From NCBI GenBank assembly GCA_963768985.1, contig CAVYJZ010000009.1, forward strand, positions 726,546 to 790,545: a stretch of DNA of 64,000 nucleotides, given 5' to 3'. Numbering within the stretch: position 1 is the stretch's first letter; every line of letters begins with the position of its first letter. Below the pieces are notes generated by a model. It searched no databases. It worked only from the letters and a program-made list of their open reading frames with translations, and was not told where the DNA came from. The position numbers and the translations under genes were made by a program. Source of the stretch: an uncultured delta proteobacterium (lineage in GTDB: Bacteria > Myxococcota_A > Polyangia > Polyangiales > Houyiibacteriaceae). Positions 35,310 to 45,342 of this stretch are shown in pieces.

Positions 35310-38300
35310 TCAGACACTGGGTCCGCGGTGTAATCCGGCGGCGAGCGCGGGCAGAACGAGCAGGCTCAACGCGGCTGAAAGAGAAAGCCCTCCGATGACG
35401 GCGATCGCGAGTGGTTGCTGCAGCTCTGAGCCCGCCCCCACGGCGAGCGCCAGGGGAGCGAGGCCGAAGAGCGTCGCGAGGGTCGTCATTGCGATCGGGC
35501 GCAGTCGTCGCTCCGCTGCGTGCCGTAGTGCGTCGGCGTACGACGATTGGTGATCGCGATCGTATTGCTCGGCAAGCTCCAACAAGAGAATTCCGTTCTT
35601 CACGACCAGTCCCACGAGAAGCACGCAGCCCATGAGGGACGACAGGTTGAGCGGCGTGTTCGTAATCCACAGCGCACCTAGGGCGCCCACGAGCGCTAGG
35701 GGAGCCGTAAACAGTACGGCCAGCGCAGGTCGGAGCGCACCAAACTGGGCGACCAAGACGACGAGTACGAGAAGCAATCCCGCAAGACCGACCACCATCA
35801 GATTTCGAGATGCTTGCTGCTGTCCCGCGTACTGGCCTCCGAGCTCGATGTAGTACCCCGCGGGCAGTTGTAGATCCCCAAGGGAGCTCCGAATGTCCCG
35901 GACCACGCTCCCGAGATCGCGGTCCTGGTGGTCCGCGGTCACGATCACGACAGGCTGAAGCCCTTCGTGGAGCAACACCGTCGGAGCTTCGTCGGCCCGC
36001 AATCGGGCGAGGGCGCTGAGCGCAATCTCGCCGCCCATGCCGAAAGAGATCGGCAGGTTCGCAAGCCGTTCGGGCGCGAACCGGATGGCATCCGGGAACC
36101 TGACGCGAATTTGAATGAGCCGATCGAGCCAGCGCATCGAGCCAGCATTGACGCCCAGCAGCGCATCGCTCACCTCGCGAGCGACATCGTCTGGAAGGAG
36201 CCCTACACGAGCTGTCGCCCCGCGATCGATGTCCACCACGACCTGCGATGACGGGCGCTCGACGCCTCCGTATACATCGACCGCGCCCGCAACCCGACTT
36301 ACGCGCGCGGTGACGTCCGCAGCGAGGCGATCGAGCACCGCGTAGTCGGGGCCGAAGATTTTGACTTCGACCGGGCGAGGTGTCCCGGAGAGGTCATTGA
36401 GCATGTCTTGCAGAAATTGAATGAACTCTGCGCGCACAGCGGGCACCTCACGTTCGACCCTCGCTCTCACGCTCGCGATGATCTCGTCAGCATGTCTTCG
36501 CGGCAGAGGGCGAAGGCGCACCACGAAATCGCCTCGATTGAGAAGTGTGACCGAGGTGGGATTGAGCTGCGCTCCCGTACGTCGGGAAAACGTCTCGACT
36601 TCGGGTGTCTCTCGTAGAATCTGCTCGATCTGTCGTGCTGCCTGATCGGTATCGCTCAGAGACGTGCCGCCTGGCGTGAAGTAATCGAGAACGAACGCGC
36701 CTTCGTCGCACGTCGGCATGAACCCGCTCGGCACATGACCAACAGCCCATACGGAGAAAGCAATGGCGCCGAAGACGCCTACAACGCCGATCCACGCTCT
36801 TCGAGCCGACCAGCCGACGAGGGCTCCCACCCACCGAGTGAGGACGCCCTCAGGTCGGGAGGGGCGTGCCCGAATGATGCGGGCAGCAGCAATGGGCACG
36901 ACCAGCAGGGCCACCAGCAGCGAGATGACGACCGCGGCAGAGAGTGTCGTGGCCAGGGCGCTGAAAAACTTTCCAACCACTCCGCTCAGAAACGCCAACG
37001 GTAGGAAAACGATGACGGTCGTGACGGTCGTCCCGAGCACCGCCGCCGCAAGCTCACGGGTTCCTTCGCGGGCGGCCTCGTCTGGTGTTGCACCACCCTC
37101 GATTCGGCGAGCGATGGCCTCCACGATCACAATCGCGTCGTCCACCACCAATCCGATCGAAACGGCCATGCCGCCCAGCGACATCAGATTGAGCGTCTGT
37201 CCGAGGACTCGCATCGCTAGGAAGGTGATCGCGAGCGTCGTGGGAACAGCGATGGCAGCGACGAAACCGGCGCGAACATCTCGAAGGAAGACGCCTAGGA
37301 CGAGAAGGCACAGCGCCATGCCGATCAGGATCGCGTCCCGAACGCTCGCGATGGACTCCCTGACGAGGAGTCCCTGGTCGTAGACGGGTTCAACTCGAAC
37401 TCCCGCCGGGAGACTGGGGCGGAGCCTGTCCACCGCCGCGAGGACGTCATGCACGACGTCGGGAGTGCTCGCGCCTTCGAGCCGCGCAACGGTGATCAGA
37501 ACAGCCTCTCCTTGGGGGCCCGATGTTCGATACAAACGATCCTCGGCCCCTTGGACCACCGCTGCAACACTCGAGAGGGCAATGGGCGTTCCATTCGGGT
37601 CGACCCCGATCGGCACTTCGGCGAGGTTCGCAGCGCTGGTCGCCTCCGCGGACGCGATGACCGTCGTCAAGGTGTGGTCCTGCTCGAACCTCCCGGCTGT
37701 CATCAGCGGCACGGAGCGTCGCACGCGTCCAGCGATCTCTTCGAGGCGAAGATGTGCTGCAGCCGAGCGCTCCGGGTCGACGATGACCTCCATCTCGCGC
37801 ACGTCACCGCCGAGCACACCCACCCGGCCCACGCCCGGAACCCGCGCGATGCTCGGTCGCAGGGTGTACTCTGCCAACTCATTGAGCTCTCTGCGGTCGA
37901 GTGGCCCGGTCACATTGAAAGAGAGAATCGGAAATGAAACCGGTGTCAGGCGCTCCACCCTGATGCGAGTATCCGGGGGAAGACTCGTTCGGACGTCGTT
38001 CAGGCTCGATTCGACGAGCTGAAGCGCACGCCACATGTCGGTGCGCGATGCGAATAGAAGTTGAATCTCGGCGCCGCCCCGAATCGTACGCGAGCGAACA
38101 CGCTCGACCCCGAGCACCGTCATGAGTGCCTGCTCGACCGGGCGAGTGATGTTGGTCTGAAACACCTGGGGCGGTGCGTCACCCTGCCGAACGACGACCC
38201 CAATGCGCGGAAAATCGACCTCCGGATAGATGCCGCTCGCGAGCTGTCGCGCCGCGAGCGCGCCTCCGAGGACGGAGACGAGAAGAACGAGAAGGACGAG

Positions 38301-38336
38301 ACTGCGATGGCGCAGTGCCCAACCGCCGAAGTTCAC
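35310..38336 (-). CDS. RND efflux permease (AcrB/CzcA superfamily)
   Basis: Motifs NLMSLGGMAVSIGLVVDDAIVIVE, GLVVKNGILL, RLRPIAMTT and QPLAIAVIGGL. Confidence 0.95.
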   Translation of the reverse strand: MNFGGWALRHRSLVLLVLLVSVLGGALAARQLASGIYPEVDFPRIGVVVRQGDAPPQVFQTNITRPVEQALMTVLGVERVRSRTIRGGAEIQLLFASRTDMWRALQLVESSLNDVRTSLPPDTRIRVERLTPVSFPILSFNVTGPLDRRELNELAEYTLRPSIARVPGVGRVGVLGGDVREMEVIVDPERSAAAHLRLEEIAGRVRRSVPLMTAGRFEQDHTLTTVIASAEATSAANLAEVPIGVDPNGTPIALSSVAAVVQGAEDRLYRTSGPQGEAVLITVARLEGASTPDVVHDVLAAVDRLRPSLPAGVRVEPVYDQGLLVRESIASVRDAILIGMALCLLVLGVFLRDVRAGFVAAIAVPTTLAITFLAMRVLGQTLNLMSLGGMAVSIGLVVDDAIVIVEAIARRIEGGATPDEAAREGTRELAAAVLGTTVTTVIVFLPLAFLSGVVGKFFSALATTLSAAVVISLLVALLVVPIAAARIIRARPSRPEGVLTRWVGALVGWSARRAWIGVVGVFGAIAFSVWAVGHVPSGFMPTCDEGAFVLDYFTPGGTSLSDTDQAARQIEQILRETPEVETFSRRTGAQLNPTSVTLLNRGDFVVRLRPLPRRHADEIIASVRARVEREVPAVRAEFIQFLQDMLNDLSGTPRPVEVKIFGPDYAVLDRLAADVTARVSRVAGAVDVYGGVERPSSQVVVDIDRGATARVGLLPDDVAREVSDALLGVNAGSMRWLDRLIQIRVRFPDAIRFAPERLANLPISFGMGGEIALSALARLRADEAPTVLLHEGLQPVVIVTADHQDRDLGSVVRDIRSSLGDLQLPAGYYIELGGQYAGQQQASRNLMVVGLAGLLLVLVVLVAQFGALRPALAVLFTAPLALVGALGALWITNTPLNLSSLMGCVLLVGLVVKNGILLLELAEQYDRDHQSSYADALRHAAERRLRPIAMTTLATLFGLAPLALAVGAGSELQQPLAIAVIGGLSLSAALSLLVLPALAAGLHRGPSV

Positions 38337-39415
38337 GGCTCCTCCTGGAGGGCTGTGCCTTCTTCGAGCCCAGTGAGTCCGTCGGTGGCGACGCGGATCG
38401 GCGCAGTCAGGGACTCGAGGCCGCTTACGATCTGCACGAAACCATCTCGACGCTCACCGACCACGACGGGGCGGGGATGCGCTTGGCCCCCATCGCAGAC
38501 GACGACCTCGGTGTTCGCGCCACCAGCGCTGCGAACGGCTGAGGCAGGCACGACGTCCACGGACTGCGCTGCTCCAACCTGAACTTCCGCGGTTCCGAGA
38601 ATTCCGATCGGAATCGGGTTCTCTGCCGTTTCCAAGCTCAGGCGCACGGAGCCGACGCCGGTCATCGGGTCGACAGCGGGCGAGACTGTCCGCACCGAGG
38701 CAGAGAACGTACGGCCAGGCAGCGCATCGAACGAAACGGTCGCGACCTGTCCGGCTCGCAGCGACACCAAGGTGCTTGCAGAAACGCTCACGGCAAGCTC
38801 GAGGGAGGTAGGGTCAGCGATCTCCATGATCGGTGTCGCCGGTGTGCCATCCACCACCTCGCCCACACGGCGCGACAGCCTGACCACGACCCCGGCGATC
38901 GGGGCGCGAACGGTGGCGCGCTGCACGTTCTGCCGTGCGACATCGACCTGCGCGGAGGCCAACGCGATGGCACCGTCGGCTTGCCCTTCGGCGGCTCGGG
39001 CCGCCTCGAAGCTCTGACGCGCGCTGATTCCCCGCTTGAAAAGATGCTCCTCACGAGTCGCCGCCAATTCCGCCGCCTCGTGTTGCGCACGAGCCTGCTC
39101 GAGAAGCGCTTCGGCTTGGCGCAGGGCATCGCGCGAGGGCCGCGATTCGACCTCTGCGAGCACCGCGTCTCGCTCCACCATGTCCCCCTCTCGAACAAGT
39201 ACGCGGAGGAGACGACCTGGAACCTGTGCCGAGACGATTGCGTCCCGATCCGGAAGCGGCGCGACCGTCCCGCGGAGGCTTCGTGTCTCGCTCCACTGAC
39301 GACTTTCGACGGGAGCGCAGTGCACCCGCGCCACTGGCATCGCCGGCGCTTCCTCGGAACGGCCGTGGCACCCGTAAACGGTCAGCATCAGCATCATTGC
39401 GACGAGGTATCTCAA
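38333..39415 (-). CDS. RND periplasmic adaptor (MFP) lipoprotein
   Basis: Lipobox VYGC; motifs VREGD.V, RAPIAGVV and V.VGER.DG.V.I.SGL; overlaps its neighbours by 4 nt. Confidence 0.92.
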   Translation of the reverse strand: MRYLVAMMLMLTVYGCHGRSEEAPAMPVARVHCAPVESRQWSETRSLRGTVAPLPDRDAIVSAQVPGRLLRVLVREGDMVERDAVLAEVESRPSRDALRQAEALLEQARAQHEAAELAATREEHLFKRGISARQSFEAARAAEGQADGAIALASAQVDVARQNVQRATVRAPIAGVVVRLSRRVGEVVDGTPATPIMEIADPTSLELAVSVSASTLVSLRAGQVATVSFDALPGRTFSASVRTVSPAVDPMTGVGSVRLSLETAENPIPIGILGTAEVQVGAAQSVDVVPASAVRSAGGANTEVVVCDGGQAHPRPVVVGERRDGFVQIVSGLESLTAPIRVATDGLTGLEEGTALQEEP

Positions 39416-40668
39416 AGTGCTCTCCCAGCGGCATGTTCCAGCACGCCCAACGCCCGAGCCCGATCGGCAGTTGCCCGAACGGCGGCGAGACGTGCATCGG
39501 ACAACACTTGTTCTGCAGCGAGGACCCCCGTGAGGTCCAAGCCCCCGCTGTCATAGGCCTCGTCGGACAGATCGGCCGCTTCCTTTGCGGCCGGCAAGAC
39601 CTGGTTCACCTCCGCTTCCTGCCTCCGCACCGCAGCGAGATAGTCCGATAGCGCGCTCACCATCCGCGCGCGCAACTGAATGACCACCGTGTTGAGCTCC
39701 GTCAGTGCCGTGCTTTGTGCGCTCTCGGCTCGCGCGATCAGCGGATGGTTGAAAAACGGAAGGTCCGCCTTGAGCGACGATTGCACGTCGCGCGTTGGCG
39801 GGCCGAACCTTTCATGGAAAATACCGCTTACTTGCACACCGAGGTTTGGCCGCCGGGCGCGCCGCTCGCGGATCAAGTTGGCATGAGCGGCGTCAAACAT
39901 TGCGTGCGCTCTCAGGGTTAATGGATGATCGGCGACGAAGCCCTCGAGCGCAGCGACAGAGGGCGGTGCGTAGGGTGTGCCGGGATCTCCCTCGATGGCT
40001 ACCATGAGCGGTTCGTTGCGGCTCAAGAGAACGGACAGGCGCGCGGCAGCAGCCGACCGTTGTTTTTCCAACGAAGCGACGACGGATCGCATGCGGCGAG
40101 CGTCTGTCTCTGCTCTGAGCACTTCGAGTCGTGGCGCTGCTCCCTCGGAGAAGCGAGCTTTCGCGGTGTCGAGGATGCGATCTCGCCGAAGTGCATTGTT
40201 CATCGCGATGAGAAACTCCTCCTGGAGCTGCCAGAGATCGAGCCAGGCGAGGGTTGCTGCGAGGCGCGCGTCGAGCCGAGTCACCTCCACGCCAGCGGCT
40301 ACGACGCGTGCTTGCGCGGCAGCGGCATCCATGGCCGCTGCGCGTTGGCCGAAGATCGGCAGCGAGATGAAAAAGGTCTCGTAAAATCTCGCCGATCCCG
40401 AGGTGCTTCCGACCGTGAACTGCGGATTGGGATACATTCCGGCAACGCCGACCTCGGTGCGTGCGGTGCTCGCCCTGGCCGTCGAAAGCACGACTTCGGG
40501 CGCTTCGCTCAGCGCGAGCCGCTGGGCTTCTTGGAGACTCAGTGTGGTGGGCACGTCCTCCTGCGCAGCGGCCAGGACCGGCACCATCAGCGGGATGAGT
40601 GCAAGGAGGGCCCAGCGCCGAGACTTACGCTGCTTCGAGCCACATGCACTGGATGCGCCACCCCTCAT
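39412..40668 (-). CDS. TolC-family outer membrane efflux protein
   Basis: Motifs LSL.EA..LAL, PNP, SLPIF, RFSEG.APRLEVLRA and AY..G..DL..VL. Confidence 0.88.
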   Translation of the reverse strand: MRGGASSACGSKQRKSRRWALLALIPLMVPVLAAAQEDVPTTLSLQEAQRLALSEAPEVVLSTARASTARTEVGVAGMYPNPQFTVGSTSGSARFYETFFISLPIFGQRAAAMDAAAAQARVVAAGVEVTRLDARLAATLAWLDLWQLQEEFLIAMNNALRRDRILDTAKARFSEGAAPRLEVLRAETDARRMRSVVASLEKQRSAAAARLSVLLSRNEPLMVAIEGDPGTPYAPPSVAALEGFVADHPLTLRAHAMFDAAHANLIRERRARRPNLGVQVSGIFHERFGPPTRDVQSSLKADLPFFNHPLIARAESAQSTALTELNTVVIQLRARMVSALSDYLAAVRRQEAEVNQVLPAAKEAADLSDEAYDSGGLDLTGVLAAEQVLSDARLAAVRATADRARALGVLEHAAGRAL

Positions 40669-40692
40669 TACATGCCGGTGTAGCGCGCAGTC

Positions 40693-40708
40693 CTTAACCG
40701 CTCCCTAA
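40693..40708 (-). promoter_or_regulatory. OmpR-family (QseB/PmrA-like) direct-repeat box upstream of the tolC-MFP-RND operon
   Basis: CTTAA-CCGCTC-CCTAA on the + strand (11-bp period), in the short gap between the kinase gene and the tolC start. Confidence 0.45.
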
Positions 40709-40737
40709 CGCCGGTCATGGGGCGATGAATCGGATGT

Positions 40738-42066
40738 TCAGGTTGGGCGCCACGACGGCAGGATCATGGCGGCCCGCAACCCAGTCGGGCTTGCGTTTTC
40801 CAAGCTCAACTCGCCTTCATGCAGGGTGCTCACGTGCTCGACCAAGGCCAAGCCCAGCCCCGCCCCACGCACCAGGTTTGCTCCTTGGCGACCACGTACG
40901 AAAGGCCCCCGGACCGACATCAGCTCGGCGTCTGGGATTCCCGGGCCTTCGTCGAGAACGGTCAACGAACAGTGCGCCGGATCTCCGGCCACGCGGACCT
41001 CGACCGTCCCGTTGCTGTACTTCAGAGCATTGTCGACCAGATTGCGGGTTGCGAGCGCCAAGAGGGTGGGATCGCCACGAACGAGCGCCTGCGCCGTAAC
41101 GACTCGAACACGCCGCGCGTCCTCTTCCTCGAGCGCATCGAGGACCTCGGAAACGAGGTCCCCGAGGTCGACCGCTTCGTTCGAAGCAGCCTGGTCGTGT
41201 GAGAGGGCTAGCAACGCGTCCACCGACCGACTGAGCTCTTCGCAACTACGAGCGGCGAGCGAAAGGCGCTTCATGGATTCGGCGCTCGCCCCGCCTTCGT
41301 GGAGAACGAGCTCGATCTGCCCGCGCAAGCGAGTTAACGGAGTGCGCAGCTCGTGAGCGGCGTTCGAAACGAAACGTTGCTCGCGCTCCACGGCGACATC
41401 GATGCGAGCGAGGAGCGCGTTGAAGGTTTGCGCGAGCTGATCGATCTCGACGGCGCCCCACTCAGAGGACACGGAGCCGCCATCGAGGGCAGGCCGCAAC
41501 GCGAGACTCTGCTCGAACGCTTGAAGAGGCCGAAGACTGCGGCGAACCATACGGCGGCCCACGACCGTAAATGCGGTGGCGGACAGTAGAGCGGCCAATG
41601 CGATCGCGCCCAGAATGGGGAGCTGGGCGACGAGCAATGGACGAATCGGCGACGCGACCACCACCGCCGTGCCCGGGTCGTCCGAAGCCACGCATACACG
41701 CGACAGGGTCCCGGCGACGTTGCCAAGTGCGCAGCCATGCTGGTGGACCCACTGTGAGAGACGCCCGGTCTCTGGCGCGCCGCCGATACGGTTCTCGCCC
41801 TGCCAGACCTCGATCTCGCGCTGGAACCACTGCTGCTCCTCCAACTCGTGCTGTACGAGTGCATCGAGCTCTTTCCGCGGCTCGTCGCTGTGGTCTTGCA
41901 ATTCCCCACCGAGCGTCAGTGCGAGCGCTCGTGCCTCGGCATCGTCGCGCTCGACGACGACCAAGGTCGTCATGACGGCGCTCACTGCGACGATCGCGAG
42001 AGACACCCCGACGATCGAAGCGAGGTACGAGCGCACGACCGAGCGCTCGATCGATGGAAGGCTCAT
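40738..42066 (-). CDS. HAMP-domain sensor histidine kinase
   Basis: Two TM helices; H-box AAHELRTPL, N-box NLVDNALKY, DEGPGI and GAGLGL. Confidence 0.93.
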   Translation of the reverse strand: MSLPSIERSVVRSYLASIVGVSLAIVAVSAVMTTLVVVERDDAEARALALTLGGELQDHSDEPRKELDALVQHELEEQQWFQREIEVWQGENRIGGAPETGRLSQWVHQHGCALGNVAGTLSRVCVASDDPGTAVVVASPIRPLLVAQLPILGAIALAALLSATAFTVVGRRMVRRSLRPLQAFEQSLALRPALDGGSVSSEWGAVEIDQLAQTFNALLARIDVAVEREQRFVSNAAHELRTPLTRLRGQIELVLHEGGASAESMKRLSLAARSCEELSRSVDALLALSHDQAASNEAVDLGDLVSEVLDALEEEDARRVRVVTAQALVRGDPTLLALATRNLVDNALKYSNGTVEVRVAGDPAHCSLTVLDEGPGIPDAELMSVRGPFVRGRQGANLVRGAGLGLALVEHVSTLHEGELSLENASPTGLRAAMILPSWRPT

Positions 42067-42737
42067 GGGTCGATCTCCAGCGAGTAACCGAGGCCACGCG
42101 CCGTGCGAATGATCGGTCTGCCGGCGGCGTCATCGAGCTTCTTGCGGAGTCGGGAGACCATGACTTCGAGACTAGCCCGCGCGCCCTCGGTGACGTCGCC
42201 CCAAACACGCTCCAAAATCACGTGAAAAGCTACGACGCGGCCTTGGGCATCGGCCAAGGTCCGCAAGATGTCCCATTCTCGTTGCGTCACCGGGACCTCC
42301 CTCGCCGCTGCCGTCGCGCGGCGTGCATCGAAGTCCAGCGAAAGGGCGCCTAAGTCCAGGCGGGACGAACGAACCCCGGAGCCGCGTCGTCCGAGCGCCC
42401 GAACGCGGACCACGAGCTCACGCAGCGCGAAGGGTTTGGGGAGGTAATCGTCTCCCCCAGCATCGAAACCGTCCAGTCTCGCGTTCACGGCTCCGCGTGC
42501 GCTCAAGAATAGGATTGGTGCCTCGAATCCATCTTTGCGAAGGCTGCGGCAGAAGTCGAGCCCCGAGGCCTCTTCCAGCATGACATCCAAAACGAGCACA
42601 TCGATGGCGGTGGATTCGAGCAGGCGTCTGGCCTCGTCGGGCGTCCGAGACGCAAACACCTGATGCCCTTCCCGCCCTAGTGCACGCTCGACGACTTCGA
42701 GCGTCTCCTCATCGTCATCGAGTACCAAGATTCGCAT
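42063..42737 (-). CDS. OmpR-family response regulator
   Basis: Motifs ILVLDDD, VLDVML and GGDDYLPKPF; winged helix VMVSRLRKKL...IRTARGLGY. Confidence 0.95.
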   Translation of the reverse strand: MRILVLDDDEETLEVVERALGREGHQVFASRTPDEARRLLESTAIDVLVLDVMLEEASGLDFCRSLRKDGFEAPILFLSARGAVNARLDGFDAGGDDYLPKPFALRELVVRVRALGRRGSGVRSSRLDLGALSLDFDARRATAAAREVPVTQREWDILRTLADAQGRVVAFHVILERVWGDVTEGARASLEVMVSRLRKKLDDAAGRPIIRTARGLGYSLEIDP

Positions 42738-42821
42738 CGGGTAGGGATCTCCCATGATGGCTAGCCCGTCGGCAACCGGAAGCCGCGCGTCTCATGATCA
42801 TCAGGTCGTAGATCGGCGAAA

Positions 42822-44063
42822 TCACGAAGGGCGCTCGTCCACGTTGAAGAAAGCAAGCACCTCGTCAGCGCGCCGTTCGACGTCGTGCCGGCCGAGCTGT
42901 ATCAGCCCGCGAGCGAAATCGCCGTCGAAGAGGACGAAGGAAAGCAGGTCGGTGTCCCAGACGCTTCCCAAGCGATCTAATCGCGCCAAGAGCCACCCCG
43001 GCCCGTCGCGCGGCGTGAGCTGGGAGGCATAGTCCCGCGCCAGGCTACCGATGTCTTTGGATGGCCGAAAGACGAGCGTTTCAACCGGTCGATACGGCAT
43101 CCCGCGTGTCTGAGACAAGACTTCTCGAACCGCCCGAAGCTGGTCTGCATCGAGCACGCTTTCCATGGTGCCCACCAACCGATTGATGCGCTCGAGGATC
43201 GACAAATCGTAGTTGACCGGGTCTAGTAGGAGCGTGTTGAGCAACTTGCCGAGGAGAAAGAGTAGGCTAGGGGACCGCTCACGCCTGGGGGAAGACTTTG
43301 GCAGCTCACCGGAGAGCAATGGGATGACCAACAGGCGATTCGCGCCAGCGCGAAGTGCGGGCGCGATCGGTGTGTTGAACCGAACACCGCCGTCGCAATA
43401 GTAGGCGCCGTCGATTTCCCGCGGCGGAAAGACCACGGGAAGCGCCGCGGAGGCGAGCACGTGCTTGGCTCCGATCTGGGTTGGCACTGCAACTCGGCGA
43501 ACGTCCTTGGTCGATGGCAACCGGACACCCGGTGCCAAATCGGCAAAGAGCGTGGTGCGCCCGGACTGCACATGAAGCGCCGAGATGATCAGTGCGCGCA
43601 TTCGCGCTGCATCGATATTGTCCCGAAGCTGAGACCACGGAACGCGCGAACGAATCAGGTCATTCAAAGCGGTCGGGTCGAGCGCGGCGCGACCGCTACT
43701 GGAGGTGTCACCTGCGTGACCTTTTCGGCCCCGAGCGCGAAGGATGCTGGGTCCGAGGAGACCGATAGGGTCGACCTTCAGAAATCGGCGAAGCCTGAGG
43801 CTGGTCCAAGCGCCCTCGAGCTCCTTCATGGCGAAATCTGGGCGATGGCTTTGGGCAGCGAGCCATGCCGCATGAATCGCGCCCACGGAGGTACCACAAC
43901 AGACGTGAAAGGGAGCGTGTTCGAGGCGGCCGGCCCTGCTCAATACATCGAGGATCGCGCTGAGAACGCCCACCTCGTACGCCCCTCTTGCGCCACCTCC
44001 TGAGAATACGGCGCCGGTGACGGGCTTGGGCGGAGCCAGAGAGGACGTCGCGAGCGGAGCCAT
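42822..44063 (-). CDS. patatin-like phospholipase
   Basis: Motifs SGGGARGAY, GTSVG (nucleophile Ser), ASAALP and DGG. Confidence 0.92.
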   Translation of the reverse strand: MAPLATSSLAPPKPVTGAVFSGGGARGAYEVGVLSAILDVLSRAGRLEHAPFHVCCGTSVGAIHAAWLAAQSHRPDFAMKELEGAWTSLRLRRFLKVDPIGLLGPSILRARGRKGHAGDTSSSGRAALDPTALNDLIRSRVPWSQLRDNIDAARMRALIISALHVQSGRTTLFADLAPGVRLPSTKDVRRVAVPTQIGAKHVLASAALPVVFPPREIDGAYYCDGGVRFNTPIAPALRAGANRLLVIPLLSGELPKSSPRRERSPSLLFLLGKLLNTLLLDPVNYDLSILERINRLVGTMESVLDADQLRAVREVLSQTRGMPYRPVETLVFRPSKDIGSLARDYASQLTPRDGPGWLLARLDRLGSVWDTDLLSFVLFDGDFARGLIQLGRHDVERRADEVLAFFNVDERPS

Positions 44064-44177
44064 CCCCGAAAGCATTGCACGAGGCTCACCGCGCGCCGTA
44101 ATTCTGCGTGCTCCGAAGACAGCACGCGCAGGGCCCGATAGAGCAAGTCGATCCCTGGAGCACGTTCGCGGGTGCCG

Positions 44178-45158
44178 CTATGGAACCACGAGGCCGCCGG
44201 CACCGCCTTCGCCGCCGGCACCGCCTTCGCCGCCGAAGCCACCGGCACCGGCCATGCCGCCGGCGCCGCCCATGCCGCCGACACCACCCATGCCGCCTTC
44301 GCCACCGCCGCCGCCGGCACCACCCATACCGCCAGAGCCACCCATGCCGCCAGCGCCGCCGCTGCCACCGGCGCCGCTGTCGCACTCGTTCGCGTCGAGC
44401 GTCATTTCGTATGCAGCGCCGTCGTCCACAGCCTCCCTGCCGCTTTGGTCATGCGGGACCGCTACGACACACTCTCCCTGAGTTTCATTGCCAGCATCGT
44501 CGACCGCTTTCCAACCAAGCTTGTAGACGCGCCCGTTGCTCCCGCCCTGTCGCTCGGAGCGAAGCTGCACCTGATCACAAGCGAGGATGATGTCGGGCTC
44601 GGTGTTTCCGTCGCCCTTGTCGTTGGCCGGCTCGTCGCTCGAGGCCGAGAGGAACGTGACCGCGAGATTTCCGTCACACGCATCGGTGACGCAGTCTTCC
44701 CCAGAAATCGTGTGGAACTTGTGGTTGGGCGGCCAAAGCTCCAGCGTCTTGTCAATCGCCTCCGGGGGCACGGTGTCCTCCACCGTCAGCACCGCCTGGC
44801 AGGTGACTTGAACAGTTCCTCCGTCTGCACCGGAGGCGTCCGCGGTCACGACGATGTCATGGGTGCCCAGCGCAAAGGGTCCCTCGTCGTTGATCGAGAG
44901 CTCGATCTGGTCGCAGCTATCGGGAAGATCGCCCGAGGGTTCGACATAGATGAGGGCGGGATCCGCAAAACCGTCCTTACACTCGACAGTCAAATCGTTC
45001 GGGCAAAGCCAGTCCTGTGCTTCCAGGCTATCGGCGTTCTCGGTGCACGCAGGCGCGAGGTTTTGCGCAGCCGGGCTGACGGTCGTGTCGCCGGAGCATC
45101 CGACGTGGAGCACGCAAGCGATAGTGGCGGAGAGAGTTGCGAGGTTTCGATACTTCAT
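44178..45158 (-). CDS. lipoprotein with HYR-like and WPPNHK Ig-like domains and a Gly-rich tail
   Basis: Lipobox HVGC; motifs LWPPNHK, SSDEP and QLRSERQG.SNGRVY...AVDDAGN; GGMGG/GGEGG tail. Confidence 0.8.
   Translation of the reverse strand: MKYRNLATLSATIACVLHVGCSGDTTVSPAAQNLAPACTENADSLEAQDWLCPNDLTVECKDGFADPALIYVEPSGDLPDSCDQIELSINDEGPFALGTHDIVVTADASGADGGTVQVTCQAVLTVEDTVPPEAIDKTLELWPPNHKFHTISGEDCVTDACDGNLAVTFLSASSDEPANDKGDGNTEPDIILACDQVQLRSERQGGSNGRVYKLGWKAVDDAGNETQGECVVAVPHDQSGREAVDDGAAYEMTLDANECDSGAGGSGGAGGMGGSGGMGGAGGGGGEGGMGGVGGMGGAGGMAGAGGFGGEGGAGGEGGAGGLVVP
44193..44378. repeat. degenerate 9/18-bp coding tandem repeat (Gly-rich tail)
   Basis: GCCGCCGGCACCGCCTTC occurs twice perfectly (44193-44228), followed by degenerate copies encoding GGxGGx. 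Confidence 0.8.
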
Positions 45159-45342
45159 GGTCGCATTAACTCCCATGCCGCGACCGTGATGCCAAGGAAC
45201 GAACCTCACAAATTACGAGAATGTACATGCGTACACCCGCGCCGCATCTTCTGCGCCCCCGAAGTGTAAGATCGACCACACAGCATGCCTGCACAAGGCA
45301 TCGTCCGATTGTTTGGACGCGCGACTAAGTGATGAACCCGCG

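Noticed and set aside
45179-45195. Sigma54-like TGGCAT-N5-TCGC on the minus strand upstream of the WPPNHK gene
   Set aside because: The -12 element is imperfect, and the implied start site would fall downstream of the apparent RBS.
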